Counted from the first letter of the stretch, positions 20,648 to 30,406 are shown. The stretch is 54,440 nucleotides of DNA from an uncultured Eubacteriales bacterium (GCA_900551345.1 URVP01000001.1:1-54440); one strand, 5' to 3'. The notes: generated from the sequence alone by a model not told the origin. Made by a program: numbers and translations.

Positions 20648-20676
20648 TTGAAAAAATGCCTATGAAAGAGTATAAT
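20648..20676 (+). promoter_or_regulatory. sigma-A type promoter for the XRE/acyl-CoA synthetase pair
   Basis: TTGAAA-17 nt-TATAAT. Confidence 0.55.
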
Positions 20677-20764
20677 AAATTAATTAAAAGGTGAGCTTTA
20701 CAGCAGATGTGTGAATAAAATTTGAAGTAAAGCACACTGGTTTAAACAAAAGGGAGGTAATAAT

Positions 20765-21316
20765 ATGTCAGAACAAATTTCTCAGATATCTGACCGCATC
20801 AGAGAACTCCGAGAGATAAGTGACTACACCGTAAGCGATGTAGCTGCAAAGCTTGGTGTTTCCGTCGAAACATATGAGAGTTACGAAGCGGAAAATGCAG
20901 ATATTCCAATCAGCGTGTTGTATGCCGTCGCTAACCTTTTCGGCGTCGATATGGCTGAGCTGCTTACGGGTATAACTCCTAAACTGAATACTTATTATGT
21001 TTCGAGGTCAAATAAAAGGAAGAGCATTGACCGTTACCCCGGATATAAATTTTGGGATCTTGCGGGTAATTTTCAAAGAAAGCTTATGGAACCATTGCTG
21101 GTAGAAGTTGACCCCGAAGAAGGATTACCTAAACTTGTTACTCATTCAGGTCAAGAATTTAATTATGTTCTTGAAGGCGTCGTAAAGGTAGTAATTAAAG
21201 ACAAAGAAATATTGCTCTATCCCGGCGACAGCATATACTTTGACCCTATGCAGCCCCACGGACAGCAGGCAATGAACGGCGAAAAAGCCAGATTTGTTAC
21301 GATAATTTCAGAATGA
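20765..21316 (+). CDS. XRE-family HTH regulator with a C-terminal cupin domain
   Basis: 183 aa. N-terminal HTH_3-like segment and a cupin (..GDSIYFDP..PHG). Confidence 0.85.
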   Translation: MSEQISQISDRIRELREISDYTVSDVAAKLGVSVETYESYEAENADIPISVLYAVANLFGVDMAELLTGITPKLNTYYVSRSNKRKSIDRYPGYKFWDLAGNFQRKLMEPLLVEVDPEEGLPKLVTHSGQEFNYVLEGVVKVVIKDKEILLYPGDSIYFDPMQPHGQQAMNGEKARFVTIISE

Positions 21317-21336
21317 GAAAGGGTTTACTTTAAATT

Positions 21337-23010
21337 ATGTTGGAAAAATATTTACCAAGAACAGAATTTGACTCTTATGAAGATTTTAAACAGAACTACA
21401 AGGTTAATGTACCTGACAATTTTAATTTCGGTTTTGATATAGTTGACGGCTGGGCAGAGGAAAAGCCCGACCTTCGTGCGCTTGTATGGTGCAATGACAA
21501 AGGCGAAGAAAAAACATTTACATTTGCCGATATGAAAAGGCTTTCAAACAGAGCTGCAAACTTTTTTGTTTCCAAAGGTATAAAAAAAGGCGATGTTGTA
21601 CTTCAAATTATGCGCCGCCGCTGGGAATACTGGGTTATTGCAACTGCACTTTGTAAAATCGGAGCGGTAGTCATTCCGGCAACACTCCAGCTTACGGCTA
21701 AGGATATTAAATACCGTATAAATTCGGCAAAAGTTAAGATGATTGTCTGTGTATCAGATGAATATGTACTGGAGCAGACAGAACTTGCAGCACCCGAATG
21801 TCCCACGCTTGCATATAAGGCTATTGTTGAAGGCGAGCGTGACGGTTGGATAAATTTTGAAGAAGAATTTATGAAATTCCCGGACACATTTGAGCGCCCT
21901 ACCGGTAAAGATGCAAACACAAAAGACGATATAATGCTTATTTATTTTACATCCGGCACAACAGGTATGCCTAAAATGGTTGAGCATAACTTTGCACATC
22001 CTTTGGGCCATATTGTTACGGCAAAGTATTGGCATCGTGTTCAAGAGGGCAAACTTCATATGTCCATAACTGATTCCGGTTGGGCAAAATTTGGTTGGGG
22101 AAAGATATACGGACAGTGGATTTGCGGTGCAACCATATTTTGTTACGATATGGACAAGTTCATCCCCTCAAAGGTACTTGAAAAGATTTCTAAATACAAG
22201 CTTACTACTTTTTGTTGTCCTCCTACCATGTATCGTTTCATGCTCCAGGAAGATCTTTCAAAATATGACCTTTCAAGCATAGAACATTGTACAAGTGCAG
22301 GCGAACCGCTTAATCCGGAGGTAGTTAACAGATGGAAAGAGCTTACCGGACATACCATACACGAAGGTTTCGGTCAGACAGAATCAACCGTTATTTTTGC
22401 AAACTTTGAATGGTTTGATATAAAGGTTGGCTCGATGGGTAAGCCTTCACCATTGTATAACATTGATTTGATCGATTCTGATGGAAATTCTTGTGAAGAC
22501 GGCGAAGAAGGCCTTATAGTTGTCAGAGGGGTTAAAGATTATATGCCCACAGGTCTTTTTGTAGGATATTATCAGAATGAAGAAATGACAAAAGAAGCTC
22601 TTGGCGGTGATTATTACAGCACCGGAGACCGTGCATGGCGAGACAGCGACGGCTATTATTGGTTCGTTGGAAGAAATGATGATGTAATTAAATGTTCAGG
22701 ATACAGAATAGGACCCTTTGAGGTTGAAAGTGCATTGATTGAACATCCGGCGGTAGTAGAATGTGCTATTACTGCAGTTCCGCACCCTGTAAGAGGTCAG
22801 GTGGTTAAGGCGACAGTGGTTCTTGCAAAAGGGTATGAACCGTCGGACGAGCTTATAAAAGAGCTTCAGGAGCATGTTAAGCATGCAACCGCTCCTTATA
22901 AATACCCCCGAATTGTGGAGTTTGTTGATGAACTGCCCAAAACTGTTGGCGGAAAAATAAAAAGAGCGCTGATAAGACAGCTGGATGAAGAAAAATACAA
23001 ACTTGATTAA
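21337..23010 (+). CDS. AMP-forming acyl-CoA synthetase (medium-chain type)
   Basis: 557 aa. AMP-binding motif YFTSGTTGMPK, ..GYY..TGD.., and a C-terminal GKIKR. Confidence 0.88.
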   Translation: MLEKYLPRTEFDSYEDFKQNYKVNVPDNFNFGFDIVDGWAEEKPDLRALVWCNDKGEEKTFTFADMKRLSNRAANFFVSKGIKKGDVVLQIMRRRWEYWVIATALCKIGAVVIPATLQLTAKDIKYRINSAKVKMIVCVSDEYVLEQTELAAPECPTLAYKAIVEGERDGWINFEEEFMKFPDTFERPTGKDANTKDDIMLIYFTSGTTGMPKMVEHNFAHPLGHIVTAKYWHRVQEGKLHMSITDSGWAKFGWGKIYGQWICGATIFCYDMDKFIPSKVLEKISKYKLTTFCCPPTMYRFMLQEDLSKYDLSSIEHCTSAGEPLNPEVVNRWKELTGHTIHEGFGQTESTVIFANFEWFDIKVGSMGKPSPLYNIDLIDSDGNSCEDGEEGLIVVRGVKDYMPTGLFVGYYQNEEMTKEALGGDYYSTGDRAWRDSDGYYWFVGRNDDVIKCSGYRIGPFEVESALIEHPAVVECAITAVPHPVRGQVVKATVVLAKGYEPSDELIKELQEHVKHATAPYKYPRIVEFVDELPKTVGGKIKRALIRQLDEEKYKLD

Positions 23011-23016
23011 AATTAA

Positions 23017-23056
23017 AAAGCAGGCACGGGAGAATTCTTCTTTGCCTGCTTTGTTA
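23017..23056 (+). terminator. rho-independent terminator
   Basis: AAAGCAGGCA / TGCCTGCTTT stem followed by a T-rich tail. Confidence 0.75.
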
Positions 23057-23071
23057 TTAAAGGTGATGGAT

Positions 23072-23815
23072 ATGAAAAAAGTGTTAAAAGCTATTGCCGT
23101 ATTAATTGGATTAATATTGTTGATTGATGGCATTTTTTTAAGTATGGTAGCAAACTTTAACTTTGGCAATATTGCGGCGTTTATACTTGGTGCCGTGTTT
23201 GTTGCTGTTGGAGCGATCCCTTACAAGGTAATAAATGTTATTCCTAAATGGATAAGATACATTGTGATTTTTGGGTTAGTTTGTGCAGTGGTAATGATAA
23301 CTTTTCTTGCGGTTTACGGAAATACGGATACTTCTGATTATACCGAAGATGCCGTTGTGGTTTTAGGTGCGGGAATAAAGGGTGAAACCCCTACGCTGCC
23401 CCTTGTGCGACGGCTTGATAAAGCTGTTGAATTTTATGAGAGAAATAACAATGTTCTGATTGTAGTGTCCGGCGGGCAAGGATTTCAGGAGGATATAACT
23501 GAAGCTCTTGCCATGGAGCGGTATCTTGTTAAAAAGGGTGTACCTGCCAAGAACATAATAAAAGAGGAAAATGCAACCAGTACATATGAAAACTTCCTCT
23601 ATTCAAAAGAAATTTTAGATAAGCATTTTAACGGAGATTACAATACTGCGTTTATCACAAATGATTTCCATATATACCGTGCATCAAGGCTTGCAAAGTT
23701 GGCAGGAATTGAAAATACAACACATATAAGCGGTATTACCGAATGGTATACTCTGCCCGTTAATTACATAAGAGAATGTTTTGCAGTAATAAAACTGTGG
23801 GTGTTTAGGAGTTAA
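23072..23815 (+). CDS. YdcF/DUF218 family membrane-anchored protein
   Basis: N-terminal TM helices. DUF218 core (VVLGAGI.., ..VSGGQG.., ..STYEN). The track start at 22985 spans the upstream terminator, so an internal ATG is preferred. Confidence 0.8.
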   Translation: MKKVLKAIAVLIGLILLIDGIFLSMVANFNFGNIAAFILGAVFVAVGAIPYKVINVIPKWIRYIVIFGLVCAVVMITFLAVYGNTDTSDYTEDAVVVLGAGIKGETPTLPLVRRLDKAVEFYERNNNVLIVVSGGQGFQEDITEALAMERYLVKKGVPAKNIIKEENATSTYENFLYSKEILDKHFNGDYNTAFITNDFHIYRASRLAKLAGIENTTHISGITEWYTLPVNYIRECFAVIKLWVFRS

Positions 23816-23827
23816 AATGTGCATATG

Positions 23828-23866
23828 AAAAAATCCTGTTTGCTGTTATGCGAACAGGATTTTTTA
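23828..23866. terminator. bidirectional rho-independent terminator
   Basis: ATCCTGTT / AACAGGAT stem flanked by A5 and T5. Confidence 0.8.
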
Positions 23867-23878
23867 TTTAGGACATAT

Positions 23879-24445
23879 TTACTTTATTATACTGTTTACA
23901 CTGCTGTTTTCACTGTTTACAATCGTTGAAACTTTGTTTTGTTTTTGGTGCGTTTCTCCGTTTTCATCAGGGTAATAAACTGTTTGGGTTATTGCGGTTT
24001 TAATATTGTCTGAGTCCATTGTTGTAAGGTCAATCATAAGAGAATAATTATTGAAATCCGAGGTGTTGGTGTCGTATCCGAAATTTATAGTAAGGTCATG
24101 ATTATATTCAGGAATAAGGTTTGCCGGAATAATCAGATTAAAACTGTTTTTGCCTTTGCTGCAAGTTTTAAAAGCTGCGGAGTTGTTCTTTTTTCCTTCA
24201 TATCCTGTATCGTTGGTTTTGCTGAGCTTTGCACTTAGGGGACTGTCTGTCTGTTCGTTTGTATATGTTAATTCACATCCTTCAAGGTCAATCAAATCTT
24301 CGCCTGAAGTTAATGTTACCTGTACAACCGTACGGTCAACATTTTCTTGCATTTGATTAATTTTATCCAATCCGAATTTTGACTCTATGCCCACAATAAT
24401 AACAATTGCTATAATCAGAATAACAGCTGTGCGTTTGCTTATCAT
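23879..24445 (-). CDS. hypothetical membrane-anchored protein
   Basis: The ATG at 24445 is 6 nt after AAGAGGA. One N-terminal TM helix. No family recognised. Confidence 0.55.
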   Translation of the reverse strand: MISKRTAVILIIAIVIIVGIESKFGLDKINQMQENVDRTVVQVTLTSGEDLIDLEGCELTYTNEQTDSPLSAKLSKTNDTGYEGKKNNSAAFKTCSKGKNSFNLIIPANLIPEYNHDLTINFGYDTNTSDFNNYSLMIDLTTMDSDNIKTAITQTVYYPDENGETHQKQNKVSTIVNSENSSVNSIIK

Positions 24446-24513
24446 GTTTAATCCTCTTTCGTGTTTTTTTAGGTATTCTATCATATAGATTTAATTTTGT
24501 CTATAGCTTTTAG

Positions 24514-24552
24514 AGTAAAAAAACACTGCTCAGCTGTTGCCGGGCAGTGTTT
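24514..24552 (-). terminator. rho-independent terminator after rpsR
   Basis: AAACACTGC / GCAGTGTTT stem followed by a U-run on the minus strand. Confidence 0.7.
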
Positions 24553-24564
24553 AAATAACAATAA

Positions 24565-24807
24565 TCAATCAGTAGAATATGGAAGAAGTGCAATATGTCT
24601 TGCTCTTTTTATTGCAGTTGTAACCAATCTCTGATGTTTTGCGCAGTTTCCGCTGATTCTTCTGGGAACAATTTTTGCTCTCTCAGAAAGGTATCTGCGA
24701 AGTCTTGCTGTATCTTTGTAATCGATATATTCCATTTTATCAACACAGAACTGACAAGGCTTTCTTCTTGCCTTTCTGCTTCTGGGTCTTTCTGTTCTTT
24801 CAGCCAT
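24565..24807 (-). CDS. rpsR: 30S ribosomal protein S18
   Basis: 80 aa (..CQFC.., ..DYKD...[22 protein letters not shown]). rpsF-ssb-rpsR order. Confidence 0.95.
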   Translation of the reverse strand: MAERTERPRSRKARRKPCQFCVDKMEYIDYKDTARLRRYLSERAKIVPRRISGNCAKHQRLVTTAIKRARHIALLPYSTD

Positions 24808-24848
24808 TTTTTAGCAACTCCTTTCGTAAATTAATACAGAATTTTTAA

Positions 24849-25262
24849 TTAAAAAGGCAAATCATCATTTGTTCCGAAAGATGCAAAGCCCTGACTTTCA
24901 AAACTGTCATTGTCAAAACTGTTGTTTGACTGACCTTCCGTCTTTTTGTCGCCGCAAAAGTTAACTTCATCAGCAACAACTTCGGTAACATATCTTTTTT
25001 TGCCTTCTGCATCATCATATGTTCTTGTCTGAAGGCTTCCCACTACATTTATCATTCTGCCTTTATTAAAGTAACGGCTGACAAATTCAGCGGTCTGACG
25101 CCATGCAACAACATTGATGAAATCGGCTTGCCTTTCCTCTCCGCTTTTTTGAAAACGGCGGTCAACAGCAACCGTAAACGAGCATACGGGAATATCAGAT
25201 GCCGTAGTTTTAAGCTCGGGGTCTCTTGTAAGACGACCCATCAGAATAACTTTGTTCAGCAT
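24849..25262 (-). CDS. ssb: single-stranded DNA-binding protein
   Basis: 137 aa. OB fold (MLNKVILMGRLTRDPEL) and an acidic tip DDLPF. Confidence 0.93.
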   Translation of the reverse strand: MLNKVILMGRLTRDPELKTTASDIPVCSFTVAVDRRFQKSGEERQADFINVVAWRQTAEFVSRYFNKGRMINVVGSLQTRTYDDAEGKKRYVTEVVADEVNFCGDKKTEGQSNNSFDNDSFESQGFASFGTNDDLPF

Positions 25263-25274
25263 AATGACATCTCC

Positions 25275-25583
25275 TTACTCCTGAGGCAATTCGTCACGAC
25301 GAACAATGATTGAACGAACAACGCCGTCAGTAATTCTGTAAATTCTGTCTAATTCACTGGGGAATTCCGGCTTTGATGAAAATTGGATAAGAGCATAGAA
25401 ACCCTCATTTTTGAAGTTGATGGGATATGCAAGCTTTCTTTTGCCCCAGATATCAACCTTTTCCACTTCGCCGTTGTTTGCAATCAGGTTTTGAAATTTT
25501 TCAACAATTGCCTGAGTTTCTTCCTCAGACTTGTCCATATCAATAACCATGATTGTTTCGTACTTGTTGATAACTTCTGTCAT
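25275..25583 (-). CDS. rpsF: 30S ribosomal protein S6
   Basis: 102 aa (..YETIMVID.., ..WGKRKLAYPI). First gene of the operon. Confidence 0.93.
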   Translation of the reverse strand: MTEVINKYETIMVIDMDKSEEETQAIVEKFQNLIANNGEVEKVDIWGKRKLAYPINFKNEGFYALIQFSSKPEFPSELDRIYRITDGVVRSIIVRRDELPQE

Positions 25584-25640
25584 TTAAAATACACCTCCTT
25601 TTGGACTTTGGCCCTGCTAAATGCAGAGCAAGGACAATTA
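25584..25640 (-). promoter_or_regulatory. candidate rpsF 5' leader hairpin occluding the SD
   Basis: The leader reads CCUUGCUCUGC-AUUUA-GCAGGGCCAAAGUCCAAAAGGAGG. The CUGC/GCAG hairpin can extend so that 5' CCUU pairs with AAGG of the SD. Confidence 0.35.
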
Positions 25641-25643
25641 CAA

Positions 25644-25672
25644 ATTATATAATAAAAGTCAACATTTGTCAA
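25644..25672 (-). promoter_or_regulatory. consensus sigma-A promoter for rpsF-ssb-rpsR
   Basis: The minus strand reads TTGACA-17 nt-TATAAT. Confidence 0.7.
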
Positions 25673-25700
25673 GTGATTTTTTATCTTTTTATCCTTTATC

Positions 25701-26813
25701 TTACCAGTACATTTTCCAGTCCGGGTTTTTTACACGCATAAGCGCCTCCAGGAAGAAATAGTCTCCCCAGATATTACATTCAGGTTTATCTCCGTTATTC
25801 CAGTTGTACATACCGTCGGTCAGCAGCCCGTTTGAAACTTTGCCTTTGGTCATATAGTTATCTATAAGAGAATTAAGGATTTTTTCCGCCGATTCCATAT
25901 ATTTGGGCTCGTGAATATATTTATCCATTTCAAGCATACCGCACACGGCAATAGCTCCGGATGAACTGTCACGAGGCATATCGTCCCCGTCCGTAAAGAT
26001 AAGATCCCAGAAAGGAACATAATCTTTGGGCAGATGCGCTATAAAGTAATCCGTGATTCGTTTGTATTCGGGTATAATGGATTCATCTTTGGTGTAGTCA
26101 AAGCTAAGTGCAGTGCCGTAAACTCCCCACGCCTGACCTCTTGCCCAGCTTGAGTCATCTGCATAGCCCTGATGGGTTACGCCTTTAAGCTTTTTCCCCG
26201 TTTGGGGGTCAAAGAAAACGGTGTGATAAGTAGATCCGTCTTCTCTTGTTACTGTGCTTAAGGCTGTTTTAAGGTGATTATATGCGATGTTGTAATATTT
26301 TTGATCGCCGCTCACTTCAGATGCCCAGTAAAGAAGCGGAAGATTAAGCAGACAATCTATAATAAAACGGTAATTGTCAGGAGCGCCGATTTTGCCCCAA
26401 GCTTGTATAAACTGACCCTTTTCATGATATCTTTCAGTCAGCGTATCGGCTGCGGTAAGGGCTACCCTTTTGGCTTCTTCATTTCCGGTCAGCTTATATT
26501 GTGCCACTGCAGAAAGAGAGTATAAAAATCCAAGGTCATGAGTGTCAATGTTGGTTCTTGTGTCAATTCTGTCTCTAAATGCCTCAAGCTGAAATTCAGC
26601 AGTTTCTTTAAAAATTTTCTTGCCTGTAAGCTCATAGGACAGCCACAGCATACCTGTCCAGAAGCTCTCTGTCCAGGAACATATCTTTCTTGCCGGATAT
26701 ATCAGATTTTTACTTTGTTCTTCAGGAAAAAGATCTGTAAAGTCCGGAATTGCCTTCTCTATAACCTCTACGCTGTAGGCTATAGCATCATCAATTTTTT
26801 TCATGTCTATCAT
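25701..26813 (-). CDS. glycoside hydrolase family 88 (unsaturated glucuronyl hydrolase-like)
   Basis: 370 aa. THDLGF and WARGQAW motifs typical of GH88. Confidence 0.82.
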   Translation of the reverse strand: MIDMKKIDDAIAYSVEVIEKAIPDFTDLFPEEQSKNLIYPARKICSWTESFWTGMLWLSYELTGKKIFKETAEFQLEAFRDRIDTRTNIDTHDLGFLYSLSAVAQYKLTGNEEAKRVALTAADTLTERYHEKGQFIQAWGKIGAPDNYRFIIDCLLNLPLLYWASEVSGDQKYYNIAYNHLKTALSTVTREDGSTYHTVFFDPQTGKKLKGVTHQGYADDSSWARGQAWGVYGTALSFDYTKDESIIPEYKRITDYFIAHLPKDYVPFWDLIFTDGDDMPRDSSSGAIAVCGMLEMDKYIHEPKYMESAEKILNSLIDNYMTKGKVSNGLLTDGMYNWNNGDKPECNIWGDYFFLEALMRVKNPDWKMYW

Positions 26814-26906
26814 ATCATGTAAAACCTCCTGCCGGTATAAAACCGATTTTTAACCAATTATATAACACTTTTATAAGCCGGTCAAGGGGGTTAATGGGGC
26901 TTTCTT

Positions 26907-26952
26907 GAAAAAACAGGGAGGTTTGCAAAAAATACAAATCTCCCTGTTTTTT
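26907..26952. terminator. bidirectional rho-independent terminator
   Basis: AACAGGGAG / CTCCCTGTT stem flanked by an A-run and a T-run. Confidence 0.75.
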
Positions 26953-26970
26953 AGTTATGGTACATATAAT

Positions 26971-27732
26971 TTAGAAAAAGTCTTTTGGATTAATGGGGAT
27001 TTCGTTTTCTATAATTTCAAAATGCACATGTGCTCCTTGGCTTCGTTCTGACATTGCTGTGTTTCCCACATTGCCGATAGGTGCTCCTGCATCTACGAAA
27101 TTACCCACGCTTATAGGAAGAGTTGGCTGAAGGCTTCCGTATTTGGTAACAAGATTGTCTGAATGTCTTATGGTTACGGTTGTACCGTAGAGCGGGTCAT
27201 CCTCAATACTTTCTACGGTTCCTGCCGCTGCCGCTTTTACTGATGTTCCTGCTTCGGCGCTGATGTCAAGTGCACTGTGTGTACGCCAATCTTTCATAGT
27301 TTCATTATATAAGAGCTCATCATTTGAAAAATCTTTTGAAATGGTACCGCTGACAGGCAGCGCAAATTTTATGTCTGCTGCGGATACGGGGGCGGTTTCC
27401 TGTTCGGGGGTAGTTGTTTCTTCTTCGGGAAATTCCTCTTCAGTTTCTTCAGGTGCCGTTATTTCTGTTAAATCGGATAACTCTGTTTCTTCGTCGGGTA
27501 TGCTATAAGGAATTTCTGTTGTTTCATTCTCCGTTTCTGCTTCACTGTTAACGGAAAATGACTTTTCAATTTTTTCTTCCATTACATTTTTGCGGCTGTT
27601 TATAAACCCTGCCGAACAAACGGCCACCAGCAGAAACAATGCAAGAAAGTAAAGACCTTTAGGCTTTTTTTGCTGAGGTTTTTGTGATGTGGGATGTATT
27701 CGTGTCTGCTTCAAGCATATCAATCCTTTCAT
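26971..27732 (-). CDS. membrane-anchored M23 (LytM) family peptidase
   Basis: 253 aa. One TM helix and an acidic linker. The HxxxD (HSALD) and HxH (HVHFE) zinc motifs are intact. Confidence 0.85.
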   Translation of the reverse strand: MKGLICLKQTRIHPTSQKPQQKKPKGLYFLALFLLVAVCSAGFINSRKNVMEEKIEKSFSVNSEAETENETTEIPYSIPDEETELSDLTEITAPEETEEEFPEEETTTPEQETAPVSAADIKFALPVSGTISKDFSNDELLYNETMKDWRTHSALDISAEAGTSVKAAAAGTVESIEDDPLYGTTVTIRHSDNLVTKYGSLQPTLPISVGNFVDAGAPIGNVGNTAMSERSQGAHVHFEIIENEIPINPKDFF

Positions 27733-27804
27733 GTTGGTATATGGTAATTTTGTCCATATGATTTTTTTTTATACATGTTTGGGTTGGTTTAAAAAGAAAA
27801 AAGG

Positions 27805-27833
27805 TTGACTATAACGAAAAACAGGAGTATAAT
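27805..27833 (+). promoter_or_regulatory. consensus-like sigma-A promoter for serC-serA
   Basis: TTGACT-17 nt-TATAAT. Predicts a leader of about 190 nt. Confidence 0.7.
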
Positions 27834-27950
27834 TGTTTTTAATATGAATAGAATGGCAGCGTAACTGCAATGTTTAAGGGCGGAAACTTTTATTTCAAAT
27901 ACATATAACCGTTTGTTTATCCATTGCGATACAAAATGCCGTAAAGCATA

Positions 27951-28010
27951 TATACGCCTTATCTGCCCACGGTAAGCGAGCGTATAAAGGTCTATTAATT
28001 CAGTGGGCAG
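27951..28010 (+). promoter_or_regulatory. pseudoknot-capable element in the serC leader
   Basis: Stem A is TATACGC (27951-27957) / GCGTATA (27980-27986). Stem B is CTGCCCAC (27963-27970) / GTGGGCAG (28003-28010). The stems interleave and end directly at AAAGG. Confidence 0.35.
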
Positions 28011-28028
28011 AAAGGCTATGAATTATTT

Positions 28029-29108
28029 ATGAACAGAGTTTACAATTTTTCCGCAGGTCCGTCAATGCTGCCTGAGTCGGTACTGAAAAAGGCTGCTGAC
28101 GAGATGCTTTCATACGGCGATACCGGTATGAGTGTTATGGAAATGAGCCATCGATCAAAGGCATATCAGGCAATTATCGATGATGCGGAAGCATTGCTCA
28201 GAGAACTTATGAATATTCCCGAAAATTATAAGGTTCTGTTTCTTCAGGGCGGCGCGTCTTCACAGTTTGCCATGATTCCGCTTAATCTTTTTGGATTCGG
28301 TGCAAAGGCAGACTATGTTCTTACCGGTGCATGGGCAAAGAAAGCAGCTAAGGAAGCGTCCCGTTACGGTAATGTTAACATCGTAGCATCTTCTGAAGAC
28401 AAGACTTTTTCATACATACCCGAGCTTGATTCTTCTAAATTCGACCCTGAAGCTTCGTATTTTCATATAACAGCAAATAATACAATTTACGGTACAAGAT
28501 ATACAAAACTTCCTGAAACAGGAAAGGTTCCCCTTGTTGCTGATATGTCATCAAATATTCTCTCTCAGGAATATGATGTTAATGATTTCGGAATTATTTA
28601 TGCAGGAGCTCAGAAGAACATGGGACCTGCCGGCGTTACTGTTGTTATTATTCGTGAAGACCTTATCGGCAAAGCGCTGGATATTACACCTACCATGTTT
28701 AATTATCAGACTCACGCAGATAACGGGTCTATGTTCAACACACCTCCCACATATGCTATTTATATTTGTAAGATGGTATATGAATGGATTAAACAGCTTG
28801 GCGGTGTAGCGGTTATGGAGAAAATGAATATAGAAAAGGCTAAAATTCTTTATGATTTTCTTGACGAATCCAAGTTGTTCAAAGGCACCGTAGAGGCAAA
28901 AGATCGTTCTCTTATGAATGTACCTTTTGTTACCGGAAATGAAGAACTCGATGCTAAATTTATTAAAGAGGCAGCCGCAAAAGGATTTGTAAATCTCAAA
29001 GGACACAGATCTGTGGGCGGTATGCGTGCAAGTATTTACAATGCTATGCCTGCAGAGGGTGTAAAAGCGCTTGTAGAATTTATGAAGGACTTTGAAGCGC
29101 ATAACTAA
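28029..29108 (+). CDS. serC: phosphoserine aminotransferase
   Basis: 359 aa with the N-terminus [13 protein letters not shown] typical of SerC. Followed by serA. Confidence 0.95.
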   Translation: MNRVYNFSAGPSMLPESVLKKAADEMLSYGDTGMSVMEMSHRSKAYQAIIDDAEALLRELMNIPENYKVLFLQGGASSQFAMIPLNLFGFGAKADYVLTGAWAKKAAKEASRYGNVNIVASSEDKTFSYIPELDSSKFDPEASYFHITANNTIYGTRYTKLPETGKVPLVADMSSNILSQEYDVNDFGIIYAGAQKNMGPAGVTVVIIREDLIGKALDITPTMFNYQTHADNGSMFNTPPTYAIYICKMVYEWIKQLGGVAVMEKMNIEKAKILYDFLDESKLFKGTVEAKDRSLMNVPFVTGNEELDAKFIKEAAAKGFVNLKGHRSVGGMRASIYNAMPAEGVKALVEFMKDFEAHN

Positions 29109-29144
29109 ACGCCGCTTTATATGATATGAAAGGTAAGGTAATTA

Positions 29145-30302
29145 ATGATGTATAAAATTCAGAAGCTTAATAAGATTGCCGAAGTAGGACTTAAAAAATT
29201 CGGCAGCAATTATGAAATAAGCGACAATATAGAAAATCCGGACGGTATTATTTTAAGAAGCTATAATATGCATGAGATGGAAATTCCTTCATCTGTTCTT
29301 GGTATTGCAAGAGCCGGTGCAGGCGTAAATAATATTCCGGTTGATGAATGTGCAAGCAAGGGTATTGTAGTATTCAATACACCCGGTGCAAATGCAAATG
29401 CAGTTAAAGAGCTTACTATATGCAGCCTTCTTCTTGCTTCAAGAAAAATTACTGAAGGTATCGAATGGGCTAAAACTCTTACCGGAGACGATGTTGATAA
29501 GCAGGTTGAAAAGGGTAAATCACAGTTTGTAGGTCCTGAAATTGCAGGTAAGACGCTGGGCGTAATCGGTCTTGGTGCCATTGGCGTTCTTGTGGCAAAT
29601 GCAGCAGAAAAACTTGATATGGAAGTTATCGGTTATGACCCTTACCTTTCAATAGATGCTGCATGGGGACTTTCCAGTACCGTTAAAAAGGCAGAAAATC
29701 TTGAGGATATATATGCAAATTGTGATTATATAACCATGCATTTGCCTCTCACTCCGGATACAAAAGATATGATTAATGCTGAGTCAATCTCTCTAATGAA
29801 GGACGGCGTTCGTATAATCAATCTTGCAAGAGGCGGATTGGTAAATAATGCCGATATAATTGCCGGTGTTGAAAGCGGAAAAGTAGGCGCATATGTTGCA
29901 GACTTTATCAATGGCGACCTGGTGGGAAAAAAGAATATTATTGCTATACCTCATCTTGGTGCATCAACTCCCGAATCTGAAGACAACTGTGCAGTTATGG
30001 CGGCAAGAGAGCTCAGAGAATATCTTGAAAAAGGTAATATTATTAATTCCGTTAACTTCCCCAGATGTGAAGCGGAGCTTACAAATGATAAGAGAATTTG
30101 CATAATTCATCACAACAAACCCAATATGATAAGTCAGTTCTCATCTATTATGGCTTCGGAAGGCATTAATATTGAACATTTCCTTAATAAGAGCAAAGGC
30201 GATAATGCTTATACCATGATGGATCTTGACACTGTTACTGACAGCATAATTGAAAAGCTCAAATCTGTTGAAGGTGTTATAAGACTTCGTGTTATCGGAT
30301 AA
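29145..30302 (+). CDS. serA: D-3-phosphoglycerate dehydrogenase with a C-terminal ACT domain
   Basis: 385 aa. NAD-binding GVIGLGAIG and the 2-hydroxyacid dehydrogenase core. serC-serA pairing. Confidence 0.9.
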   Translation: MMYKIQKLNKIAEVGLKKFGSNYEISDNIENPDGIILRSYNMHEMEIPSSVLGIARAGAGVNNIPVDECASKGIVVFNTPGANANAVKELTICSLLLASRKITEGIEWAKTLTGDDVDKQVEKGKSQFVGPEIAGKTLGVIGLGAIGVLVANAAEKLDMEVIGYDPYLSIDAAWGLSSTVKKAENLEDIYANCDYITMHLPLTPDTKDMINAESISLMKDGVRIINLARGGLVNNADIIAGVESGKVGAYVADFINGDLVGKKNIIAIPHLGASTPESEDNCAVMAARELREYLEKGNIINSVNFPRCEAELTNDKRICIIHHNKPNMISQFSSIMASEGINIEHFLNKSKGDNAYTMMDLDTVTDSIIEKLKSVEGVIRLRVIG

Positions 30303-30369
30303 TTATAAACAAATGGTTCCGGTAGAATAAATTTTTACCGAGTGCTGACGATATTTTTAATAATTATAT

Positions 30370-30406
30370 AAAGCCGTTTCTTCTTGCATGGAGAAACGGC
30401 TTTTTA
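30370..30406. terminator. rho-independent terminator between convergent serA and spo0A
   Basis: AAGCCGTTTC / GAAACGGCTT stem followed by T5. Confidence 0.8.

Noticed and set aside
28018-28032. Four-codon uORF ATG AAT TAT TTA TGA overlapping the serC start codon.
   Set aside because: The upstream AAAGG is only 2 nt from this ATG. The overlap is most simply a coincidence of an AT-rich leader, and there is no evidence of leader-peptide logic.
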